Position numbers and translations under genes: made by a program. Shown one piece after another: positions 55,419 to 64,000 of a DNA stretch of 64,000 bases; position 1 is the stretch's first letter; the number at the start of each line of letters is the position of its first letter. The notes below the pieces were generated by a model. That model ran no database searches. It was not told where the DNA came from and was given only the letters and a program-made list of their open reading frames with translations. Source of the DNA: an uncultured Ignavibacteriales bacterium (GTDB lineage Bacteria; Zixibacteria; MSB-5A5; GN15; JAAZOE01); NCBI GenBank assembly GCA_964526635.1, contig CAZGLR010000003.1, positions 8,186-72,185 on the forward strand. Reading direction: 5' to 3'.

Positions 55419-57287
55419 CTATTCACTCGCCACCGAACCGTAGGCCGTGGGATAGAATACTGCGGTGATATAGGGATCATAGATGGTTGTCACCGCCTGT
55501 GCGGAATTTTGTGCCGCGGCTAATGCTTCAAGGCGAAACTCGTGTGTCCCGGCCGGCTTGAAATAGACCCGCTGTACCTGTGCCGACATGTTCTGTGTAG
55601 CGTCCTCAAGTGATTTCAAAGAGGCGCCGCCATAGCTGACACCCACCTGAACCGCATAAGGTCGTACCATAGATCCGCCCGATGTTTCATCTATTTGCAG
55701 CAGCGCCTGATTGAAACCGAGTTCGCCATCGAGACTAACAATACCGCCACCGTTGACCATAATGTAGCCATCGATAGGTGTCGTAATGGTCGTGGTGATC
55801 ACATCGACAGCCGAGATGGTATTTTGATCAAGGATGATTTCCCTGATATCACGATCCTCCGCCAGACCGGGTTCACCGATTATCTCATCGGGTGAAATCG
55901 ATTCATTCGGCAGATTGACCGAGTTGTCACCGGCGGGACCCGCGACATCGAATACACCTTGCGGAGTGTTCGTGTTAATGCCGACGCCATTGGCGGCGCG
56001 GACAATAAACTGATTGGAGTCGGTGGCGGCAAAATCCTGATCGGTATTATCCGCCCATACAAAAGAGCCATTAAATAGCGATATCGCGCGCCGTCCGGCG
56101 GTAAAGGCGTAGTCGCCATCGGCGACATTGCTGAGGCCGCCGGGAATAATCGCAAAATCACCGGCAGCAGCATTGTCCTTACCGCCGGCGATAATGGCAT
56201 AGTTTCCTGAGGCAATATTACCGCTGCCGCCGCCGACTGTCGAGCCGATACCGGATGCGGTATTATCATAGCCGCCGCTGATTACCGCGCTTTCACCGGA
56301 GGCCTCATTGGATGAACCGCCGCCTACTGTTGCCGAATCGCCCGAGGCGGTGTTTTCGAAACCGAGTACGGTTGTCTGTTCGGCATCGCTGCTGTTTTCA
56401 CCCATAGTCAACTGACCAAAGCCGCGAATGTTACCATTGGCCTGAACAATCAAGCTGGTATCATCTTCGTCTTCACCGAACATATAGAGACCATCACTGC
56501 GAATTTCGACTTTACGAAATGCTTCCCCGGCCCAGGTATTTTTGGAATCTACCGGTTCATAGAATTTCATCGTCCCAAGACCTTCCTGATTTACAGTGAT
56601 ATCCATCACCTTAAATGGTGTTGCCAGCGGATCGGCTTTGGAATCAACCGGCTCATAGAAAGATATTGTGCCGAATCCCTCGGGGCTGACATACACATCG
56701 AGGACTTTGTTTGGTGTAGTGTTGATCTCGAATTTGGAATCAACCGGTTCGTAAAACGACAGATTGCCGAATCCGGCGGCATCGACCGAGGCCTCGAGAG
56801 CCGGGACGGCATTGGCGCCCACGATCACGAGACCATTACCGGACGTATCGGACTGCGCAGGCGTGACCTCGAGAGCGCCCTCGATTTTGCCGCCGCTGGC
56901 GCCATCGACCGTGCCGACGCGCAAGGAGTAGCCATTGGCGGTAAACTGTGTCCGAGGAGAAATCGGCTGACCCATAACACTGACTTCGAGATAACGGTTC
57001 TCACCGGCAAAGACAGTATCGGATAGCTCGACAACCGAGCCAAGTACGGTACCGAAGAAACCGTCGATAATCGCAACAGAATTCTGGGTCTCAGACCATT
57101 TGAGGTCGCCCCCGACCGGCGCATCGAAAATGGCGAAGGTTAACTGATAGGTGCCATCGGACAATGGTTGACCGGATGACTCAAACAACCGGCCCTGATA
57201 GTTGATCAGTCGGGGAACACCGGCTATGGCAACGGCTGTCATCAGCAAAACAGTGCACAGGCTCACATACAGTATCGCTTTTTTCAC
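55419..57287 (-). CDS. Secreted fibre/adhesin-like protein with internal repeats
   Basis: GTG start after AAGGAG; signal peptide; 'VPRLINYQGRL...KWSE'; three FYEPVDSK repeats; 'NxASGxxxxxxGG' beta-roll repeats. Confidence 0.8.
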   Translation of the reverse strand: MKKAILYVSLCTVLLMTAVAIAGVPRLINYQGRLFESSGQPLSDGTYQLTFAIFDAPVGGDLKWSETQNSVAIIDGFFGTVLGSVVELSDTVFAGENRYLEVSVMGQPISPRTQFTANGYSLRVGTVDGASGGKIEGALEVTPAQSDTSGNGLVIVGANAVPALEASVDAAGFGNLSFYEPVDSKFEINTTPNKVLDVYVSPEGFGTISFYEPVDSKADPLATPFKVMDITVNQEGLGTMKFYEPVDSKNTWAGEAFRKVEIRSDGLYMFGEDEDDTSLIVQANGNIRGFGQLTMGENSSDAEQTTVLGFENTASGDSATVGGGSSNEASGESAVISGGYDNTASGIGSTVGGGSGNIASGNYAIIAGGKDNAAAGDFAIIPGGLSNVADGDYAFTAGRRAISLFNGSFVWADNTDQDFAATDSNQFIVRAANGVGINTNTPQGVFDVAGPAGDNSVNLPNESISPDEIIGEPGLAEDRDIREIILDQNTISAVDVITTTITTPIDGYIMVNGGGIVSLDGELGFNQALLQIDETSGGSMVRPYAVQVGVSYGGASLKSLEDATQNMSAQVQRVYFKPAGTHEFRLEALAAAQNSAQAVTTIYDPYITAVFYPTAYGSVASE

Positions 57288-57542
57288 CCTTTTTCTCCTT
57301 GTTCTCCAAAACACAAATCGGACGATCAGAAAGACCATCATCGCAGATATACAAAGCAGTTTGAGCGTTAACTTGTGTAAATGGACTATTTGTAGTACTG
57401 AAAGAGCCGGCAATTGGACAATATCCCCAAAAGAATAAACCGGCGACAACCCCAATTATATGGACCTCTCTTGTCTATTATTACGTATATTGGAAAGGGA
57501 TAGTTGATTTTTCTTGTATGTATTGGCGGGGTTGTTAATCCG

Positions 57543-60398
57543 ATGACCGACGACGGTAAGCACATCGACCGGACGCAGGCGATTATCGTACCCGGACCGG
57601 GTGTGAACATTTCCCATTATCACATTGAACGACCCCTGGGTGAAGGCGGTATGGGTGAAGTGTTTCTGGCCCGTGACCTGACGCTGGAACGTCTGGTGGC
57701 CCTGAAGTTTCTGCATCCAGCGGTGGCCAATGACCCGGTTTTTCGGGAACGGTTCACCCGGGAGGCACGAACAGCGGCGGCCCTGAATCATCCTAATGTC
57801 GTTACGGTCTATGAAGTTGCCGAGTCCGATGAGCGCGTGTTTATCGCCCTTGAATATGTCGAGGGATCTTCTCTGCGCGAGTTGATCGATAGCGGAACGA
57901 TCCCCTGTGATACCTGCATCGATATCATCATCCAGATATGTAATGGCCTGCAGGCCGCGCATCAGGCAAAACTGATTCATCGTGATATCAAGCCGGCCAA
58001 TATCATCCTTGACCGTGATAACCGGGTGCGGATTCTTGATTTTGGGCTGGCTAAGGGCGAGGGCGACAAAAGCCTGACCCAGGCCGGCATGACGCTGGGC
58101 ACGATCTCGTATCTTTCGCCTGAACAATGTCAGGGAAAAACGCCTGACCCGCGCAGCGATATTTTCGCTTTAGGTGTGGTTTTTTTTGAGATGCTGACGG
58201 GCCGGGCACCCTTTTCGGGTGATAATATCCCGGCAACGTTGTATTCGATCGTTCATGATAAAATTCCATCTGTTCACGAGATCAGGCCGGATGTGCCTGA
58301 GGCGATTCAACCGATTATGGAAAGAATATTATCCCGGCCGCCGGAGCAGAGATATCAGACTGCCGCCGAATTCAAAGCCGACCTGATAAGACTCAGCCAG
58401 GCGCCTGCGGATGCCACTACCTCAGTATCCCTGCCGGTATCGGATACGACAGTAACTATTGCGACGCCGGCGCCCACTCCGGAAAAAGAAGCGAAATCGC
58501 TGGCGGTCATGTATATCCGAAATCTGGGATCAGAGGATGATGAGTTTTTATGCTACGGCATCACCGAGGATTTGATAGTTGACCTGACCCGCGTCGGGAC
58601 GATGCGGGTGGCCTCGATGCGGTCGATCATGAAGTACAAAGACAGCGATGCCGACCTCGAGGAAATTGCCCGGAAGCTCGATGTCCAGATGATTCTCGAT
58701 GGCTCTATTCATAAGGCCGGCGATAACATTCGTATCTCGGCACAACTGGTTGACACAAAATCAGGCGAGACCCTGTGGGCCCGTCGCTGGCAGGAGTCTA
58801 TTAACACCCTGCCGGAGATTCAGAAGGCGCTCGTCGATGGTATCAGCGATGCGTTACAACTCGATGAAGAAGTTATCGAAAAGGCCCAGATCGGCATAAC
58901 CATCGCACACGATGCTCACGCGTATGAGAATTACCTCAAGGCAAAGTACCATTTCAGCCGCAAGCAGGACCGCAGTGATGTTGAAATTGCGCAGGGATTG
59001 TATGCTCTCGCGTTGAAACAGGAACCTGATCTACTGCCTGCCCGGGCCGGTATCGCCGAGATTGCCATGTACAACGGCGAATTCGGCAAGGCGCGGCAAA
59101 TATTGAAATCGGCCCTGGAGGCCGCCCTGCGGCTGCAACGGCCGGCCGATAAGGCCGAGGTGCACCGCCTGTTTGCGCGCCTGGAGGGAAGGCAGTCCCG
59201 CTGGGCTGCCGCGCGGGAGCACGCCGATGCCGCGATTGCTCTTTGCCGGGCACATGACGACTTGGCCGGTGAAGCGGAAGCCCTGGGAATACTGATTTCT
59301 ATTTTGCAGCCGCAGGCCCGCTTCGATGAAGCTATCGAATGTTTCGATCGGGTTCTTGAAATCGAGCGGCATCTTGATGACAAGGAACGTATGGCTGATG
59401 CACTAAAAAGTATGGGGGTAGCGTACTCGCGCAAGGGCGATTATGATCGCGCGTTGTCATTGTACGAAGAAGCGCTGGAACTGGCCCGACCGCAGGAAAA
59501 CCTGTCACTGCAGGCGGCCTGCCTGTCGAATATCGGCAATATTCATTTTTTCCGAGGGCAGTTCGAGGACGCCTTTGGCCATTATCAGCAGGCCCTTGAG
59601 ATCAGCGATACGATCGGTGATCTGGCCCTGTCCGCCCGGCAGAATATGAATATGGGTTTGATCAAACTCCAGCTCGGAGAACACAAACAGGGGGCGATGC
59701 TTCTGGATTCGGCGGCGGCTATTTTCGAAACTTTGGAAGACAAGGCCAATTACGCCATGTGTCTTGTCAACGGCAGCCAGGCCCATTTGACGCTTGGCCA
59801 GGTTACCCCGGCTATTGACGCCGCCAAAACTGCTCTTGAGATAGGCCGCGAAGTGAAGCACCCCCTGGTGACGATTGATGCCCTGGTGCGGCTGGGCGCG
59901 GCCGATTTCTACACCCGAGATTATGCCGGTGCGCTAAAGCACCTGTTTGAAGCAATGGAGATGGCCGAGCAGGCGCAGATGAACCGTAACCTGGCCCATA
60001 TCAACCTGGTCCTGGTACAAATTTTTTATCACGGTCGCGATTTGCAAAAAAGCCGCGTTCACGCCAATCGGGCGCTGTCAATCGCCCGCGAAATCGGCGA
60101 CAAAACAGCTCTGTCTATGGCCAATGCCTATCTGGGTGCGGTCTCGGCGTGCGAGGGATTATTCAATGCCGGACGGCGCCAGCTTCGCGATGCCCTGCGG
60201 AGCATTGAGAAAATCAACGATCATCAAAAGACAATCCAATTGCAGACCCTTCTGGGGCGGGTATTAATTGAATGTGGCAGTAGTGAAGCTGACTGTGAAG
60301 ATGGTCACCGTCTTTTGAAAGATTCCCTTGAAACGGCGCAGAGTCTTCACCTGGCCCCGGAGATCAAGACAATCGAGGAATACCTCGCGGAGCAGTGA
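57543..60398 (+). CDS. Hanks-type Ser/Thr kinase with TolB-like domain and TPR array
   Basis: LGEGGMGEV, VALK, HRDIKPAN, DFGLAK, YLSPE, SDIFALG; 'SLAVMYIRNL...GITEDLI' followed by TPRs. Confidence 0.93.
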   Translation: MTDDGKHIDRTQAIIVPGPGVNISHYHIERPLGEGGMGEVFLARDLTLERLVALKFLHPAVANDPVFRERFTREARTAAALNHPNVVTVYEVAESDERVFIALEYVEGSSLRELIDSGTIPCDTCIDIIIQICNGLQAAHQAKLIHRDIKPANIILDRDNRVRILDFGLAKGEGDKSLTQAGMTLGTISYLSPEQCQGKTPDPRSDIFALGVVFFEMLTGRAPFSGDNIPATLYSIVHDKIPSVHEIRPDVPEAIQPIMERILSRPPEQRYQTAAEFKADLIRLSQAPADATTSVSLPVSDTTVTIATPAPTPEKEAKSLAVMYIRNLGSEDDEFLCYGITEDLIVDLTRVGTMRVASMRSIMKYKDSDADLEEIARKLDVQMILDGSIHKAGDNIRISAQLVDTKSGETLWARRWQESINTLPEIQKALVDGISDALQLDEEVIEKAQIGITIAHDAHAYENYLKAKYHFSRKQDRSDVEIAQGLYALALKQEPDLLPARAGIAEIAMYNGEFGKARQILKSALEAALRLQRPADKAEVHRLFARLEGRQSRWAAAREHADAAIALCRAHDDLAGEAEALGILISILQPQARFDEAIECFDRVLEIERHLDDKERMADALKSMGVAYSRKGDYDRALSLYEEALELARPQENLSLQAACLSNIGNIHFFRGQFEDAFGHYQQALEISDTIGDLALSARQNMNMGLIKLQLGEHKQGAMLLDSAAAIFETLEDKANYAMCLVNGSQAHLTLGQVTPAIDAAKTALEIGREVKHPLVTIDALVRLGAADFYTRDYAGALKHLFEAMEMAEQAQMNRNLAHINLVLVQIFYHGRDLQKSRVHANRALSIAREIGDKTALSMANAYLGAVSACEGLFNAGRRQLRDALRSIEKINDHQKTIQLQTLLGRVLIECGSSEADCEDGHRLLKDSLETAQSLHLAPEIKTIEEYLAEQ

Positions 60399-60522
60399 GA
60401 TTGATATTGTGCGCGAGGCTTAACTGCCTGTCTCATTCCCTATCAGATGTCCGGTCGCGGATCAATTATCGGAAGAGAGAACAGGACAAATGGCTCAAAC
60501 GTTTTTAAACTAATTTTTTAGC

Positions 60523-60696
60523 CTACTTCCCTGAGCCGGGGTTGCCGGGGCCGAAGACCGGGGTCCGACCGCTGGGAACATGGCTCGGGACTGTTGTCAA
60601 AGACGGATCCAGGCCAGAACACGGATCGGTCAACGATTTCAAAAACGCTACAATATCCAGCACTTCCTGCTCAGTCAGATGCAAGGCATCACGTAA
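60523..60696 (-). pseudogene. Remnant resembling the C-terminus of a di-heme cytochrome c peroxidase (MauG/CcpA) family gene
   Basis: Manual translation LRDALHLTEQEVLDIVAFLKSLTDP...VPSHVPSGRTPVFG...*; preceded by an in-frame TGA, no heme motifs present. Confidence 0.5.
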
Positions 60697-60842
60697 TCAG
60701 AAATCGCCGCCAGTTGAATTAATTAATAACTGTTTTTTTTCAACAATAATCTCCATTTGAGTAAGGAGCAGGAGCAGCAACGGATGTCAGGACACATTAT
60801 AACTATTGCGCAAGTGTTAAAGATGTGCGTACTCTAATGCAA

Positions 60843-62726
60843 ATGCACGAAACCGCCTTTATCATATCGGTGGCGCTTCTGGCCGGTGTTATCTGCCAGG
60901 TAATTGCCCAGCACCTGCGTCTGCCGAGTATCGTCCTTCTCCTGGCCGCAGGTATCCTGCTGGGACCCGATGTTGCCGGTCTTGTCCAGCCGGCCGCCAT
61001 TGGCGGGGGCATGCAGGCGCTGGTCGGGTATGCGGTGGCCATAATCCTGTTCGAGGGGGGGATGAATCTCAGTATTCACCGTCTACGGCGGGAATCTCAG
61101 GTCATTCAGAGTTTGATAACCCTCGGCGCCATTGTGACCGCAATTGGAACAACAGTTGTCACCCGGCTTATCATGGGCTGGAGCTGGTCGATATCCATGC
61201 TGTTCGGCACGCTGGTCATCGTCACCGGTCCAACTGTTATCACACCGCTTTTACGGCGCATCAAAATCAAACGGTCTCTGGAGACGATTCTCGAAGCCGA
61301 GGGTGTACTGATTGATCCGATCGGTGCGATTATTGCTCTGGTGGCGTTGGAGGCGGTAATTCATCCGCCCGAGGGAGCGCTGCTTACAAGTCTCCTGTAT
61401 TTTTCGATGCGGCTTGGGACCGGCGTTGTCATTGGCCTGACTGGCGGGCTTATTATCTCCCTCGTGCTGCGGCCGCCTCGGCTGATTCCAGATGGTTTTG
61501 TCAATGTTTTTGCCCTTTCCGGCGTCCTGGCGTTGTTCCATATCAGCAATGTCCTGCAACCGGAAAGTGGTATCGGCGCGGTGACCGTGGCCGGATTGAC
61601 TGTCGCCAACTTCTGCAATCGTGTCCTGCGTGAACTGATGGAATTCAAAGAGCAATTAACACTACTGTTGATCGGGATGCTGTTCGTGCTTCTGGCCGCC
61701 GATGTCCGCATAGAGGAAATCCAGCAACTGGGCTGGCCGGGGGTATTGACGGTTGTTGCTATTATAGTAATTGTGCGGCCACTGAATATTTTCACCTCAA
61801 CTGTCCGGTCAAACTTGCCACTTAATGAAAAGGTCTTCCTCTCCTGGCTGGCCCCGCGCGGGATCGTGGCGGCAGCGATTGCCTCGCTGTTTGCAATCTC
61901 TCTGGCCGACGCCGGCATCCCCGGCGGTACGGAACTCCGGGCGATGGTCTTCCTGGTGATCGGAATGACGGTCGTCATCCAGGGTTTGACCGGCGCTATG
62001 GTCGCTCGCTGGACCGGTGTCAAGCGCGAAACCGGCAGCGGCTATGGCATCCTTGGCGCCAATGATCTCGGCCGCCTGCTGGGCAAAACGCTTCAGGAAG
62101 GCGGTCAACGGGTGGTCCTGGTCGATTCCAATGCCGACGCCGCCAATATCGCCGAAGCGGAGGGCCTCAAGGTCATCTATGGCAACGCCTTTGAAGACAG
62201 TATCGCCTACCGGGCCGGTCTTGAAGATATGGCCGCCTGTATTGGCTTGACCTCAAATGAGGAAGTCAATTTTCTTTTTGCACGGCGCGCGCGGCGTGTG
62301 CTCCGCGTCTCGCTCCATTATGTGGCGCTGCATGACGGCAAGGGGCATGTCACCGCCGATATGATTCACAAGGAAGACTCACTGGTGCTGTTCGGTTATA
62401 ATCGAGATATCGACCTGTGGATAATGCGAGTACGGCGCAAACTGGTATCGCTGGAGATATGGCGCTGCAGCGAAGATATCACGGTGCAGACTATTACCGA
62501 ATTCGAAAATGATGAAGTTTTCAATAAATCGATGCTGCCGTTAGCCTACACCCGTGAAAACAAAATCAGACCAGTCGACCATAAAACGCGTTTTCGCAAA
62601 GACCGGCTGTTTTACTTCCTTGTCCTCAACGAACGGCACAATGATGCTATCGCATGGCTGCAGGAACACGATTTTGAAATCTATCGCCCCCCCGATCCCT
62701 CAGAACCAAAGAAGACCACATCATGA
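60843..62726 (+). CDS. CPA1 (NhaP-type) cation:proton antiporter with TrkA-N domain
   Basis: ILFEGG, VTGPTV, EGVLIDPIGA, APRGIVAA; C-terminal 'ILGANDLGRLLG...VLVDSN...IYGN'. Confidence 0.92.
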   Translation: MHETAFIISVALLAGVICQVIAQHLRLPSIVLLLAAGILLGPDVAGLVQPAAIGGGMQALVGYAVAIILFEGGMNLSIHRLRRESQVIQSLITLGAIVTAIGTTVVTRLIMGWSWSISMLFGTLVIVTGPTVITPLLRRIKIKRSLETILEAEGVLIDPIGAIIALVALEAVIHPPEGALLTSLLYFSMRLGTGVVIGLTGGLIISLVLRPPRLIPDGFVNVFALSGVLALFHISNVLQPESGIGAVTVAGLTVANFCNRVLRELMEFKEQLTLLLIGMLFVLLAADVRIEEIQQLGWPGVLTVVAIIVIVRPLNIFTSTVRSNLPLNEKVFLSWLAPRGIVAAAIASLFAISLADAGIPGGTELRAMVFLVIGMTVVIQGLTGAMVARWTGVKRETGSGYGILGANDLGRLLGKTLQEGGQRVVLVDSNADAANIAEAEGLKVIYGNAFEDSIAYRAGLEDMAACIGLTSNEEVNFLFARRARRVLRVSLHYVALHDGKGHVTADMIHKEDSLVLFGYNRDIDLWIMRVRRKLVSLEIWRCSEDITVQTITEFENDEVFNKSMLPLAYTRENKIRPVDHKTRFRKDRLFYFLVLNERHNDAIAWLQEHDFEIYRPPDPSEPKKTTS

Positions 62727-63259
62727 CCAAAATCATCATTCGATCTGAACAGCCCACCGATATCCCGCTGATTCACCATATTAATGAACTCGTATTCGAA
62801 CGGCCTGAAGAAGCCAGACTGGTTAATGCGCTGAGAGAATCGCCCTACTGGATCGATGATTTATCGCTGGTTGCCGTGATGGACGATGTAGTTATCGGGC
62901 ATCTGCTGATTACTGAAATTTCGATTACATCGGGAGATCATATTGTGCCGGCTCTTGGGGCGGGACCGATGGCGGTCTTGCCTGAATATCAGGGGAAGGG
63001 TATTGGAAGCGCGTTGATGCGACATGCGCTCGATCGCTGCAAAGAACATCCCGATTACAGCCTCGTTGTTCTCATCGGCCACGCCGGGTACTATCCCCGA
63101 TTTGGGTTTAAACCGGCGCGACCCAATGGTTTTTCTCTGGCCCGATGGGAGAAACTGGTTTCCGATGACGCTTTCATGGTCTATGAATTACAACCGGGCG
63201 CCCTGAAGGAGACGCCCGGCCTGATATCATTTCCGACTATTTTCGATGAGGCGCTGTAG
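62723..63259 (+). CDS. GNAT N-acetyltransferase (YhbS-like)
   Basis: GPMAVLPEYQGKGIGSALM, LIGHAGYYPRFGF. Confidence 0.9.
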   Translation: MTKIIIRSEQPTDIPLIHHINELVFERPEEARLVNALRESPYWIDDLSLVAVMDDVVIGHLLITEISITSGDHIVPALGAGPMAVLPEYQGKGIGSALMRHALDRCKEHPDYSLVVLIGHAGYYPRFGFKPARPNGFSLARWEKLVSDDAFMVYELQPGALKETPGLISFPTIFDEAL

Positions 63260-63296
63260 TATAAAAACTGAATTACGACAGTGACAGTTTTTCTGA

Positions 63297-64000
63297 TCAG
63301 CTGCCCTTGGTCCATTTCTTTGTACTCAGACGGGCGCGTTTGAGAACGGTCTGCCAGGAATCGGTGGTGTAAAACGATTCTCTCCAGCGATTGACCATCA
63401 TGACAAACATTTCATACGGCACGGTCAGCGAAATTTCATCGACACCCACATACTTGCGGCAGGAAACATCCCAGCTGCCGATCACTGCACGCACCTGATT
63501 TCTTTCTTTATAATACCGGGGCCAGGAAACGATACTCCCGCAGCCGGGTCCCCACGGCGACGCCACCACTTCGAAATCACCGGTGACAAAAGTCACATAT
63601 TGATGCAATCCCGAAATAATCTCGGGGCGGTCGAAGAACGTCACGAATTCAGGGGTATCGGTATCGTCGAACTGACTCAGCTTTTTGAAGATCGTGTATT
63701 GTTTGGGCGGTGCTTCGGGGTCCATTTGATCGTAGAACTGGCGGCAGCGATCGGGATTATCGATATATCGCTCCGGCGGCATATTGCCGGTTTCACCGGT
63801 TGAGACATACTGCACAATACTTTCAACCATCGGCTTGAAAAATCCCATTTGAAAAGCTCCCCCGATGCAGCCATAATGGGTGGCGTCGAATGCCGCCGGG
63901 GTGCCCTTGAGCCGGGCCAGACGAATTTGGCCGATCGCACATTTCCATTGCGAATAGATGGCGCCATAATCGAGACGGCCGGCGTCTTCGTCGGTCTTCG
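63297..64000 (-). CDS. DUF169-like protein, partial (start lies beyond the right edge)
   Basis: The frame stays open upstream of 63848 (...WKCAIGQIRLAR...YGCIGGAFQMG); 'PWGPGC', 'SWDVSCR', 'LTVP'. Confidence 0.7.
   Translation of the reverse strand, partial: KTDEDAGRLDYGAIYSQWKCAIGQIRLARLKGTPAAFDATHYGCIGGAFQMGFFKPMVESIVQYVSTGETGNMPPERYIDNPDRCRQFYDQMDPEAPPKQYTIFKKLSQFDDTDTPEFVTFFDRPEIISGLHQYVTFVTGDFEVVASPWGPGCGSIVSWPRYYKERNQVRAVIGSWDVSCRKYVGVDEISLTVPYEMFVMMVNRWRESFYTTDSWQTVLKRARLSTKKWTKGS

Noticed and set aside
60697..60699. In-frame TGA as selenocysteine
   Set aside because: The upstream codons are AT-rich and non-homologous-looking, there is no catalytic context, and no SECIS was recognised.

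Overview
Bacterial chromosomal segment of about 48 genes. I see no rRNA, tRNA, CRISPR array or intact transposase. Repeated C-terminal dockerin-like 'CGDxNxDxxVNVGDxVxLIxxxFxGGP' tails suggest candidate phylum Zixibacteria (inference). Left to right: (1) a large secreted beta-helix protein, a DEAD-box helicase and a doubly disrupted DNA-binding/Doc-toxin pair. (2) An ECF sigma / putative anti-sigma / TPR-CHAT (caspase-like) protease / subtilase operon followed by further secreted proteases and adhesins. Intergenic regions here share a GGTATTTT-N16-(C/G)ACC motif that looks like the sigma factor's own promoter; this is the best candidate for an undescribed system. (3) A TetR-controlled SpeD-GNAT-ATP-grasp-PLP decarboxylase-MFS biosynthetic operon with a triple operator. 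(4) Glutamate dehydrogenase with two PPDK_N-only proteins, one fused to a nucleotidyltransferase, and a divergent sigma-54 activator. (5) A TetR-LolA-like-ABC-outer-membrane operon. (6) An EctR/CosR-like MarR-GNAT, two racemases, an amidohydrolase and a symporter, interrupted by an AT-rich HicBA-like module. (7) Secreted repeat proteins, a Ser/Thr kinase-TPR protein, an antiporter, a GNAT and a partial DUF169-like gene. All calls are by-eye motif recognition; no searches were run.
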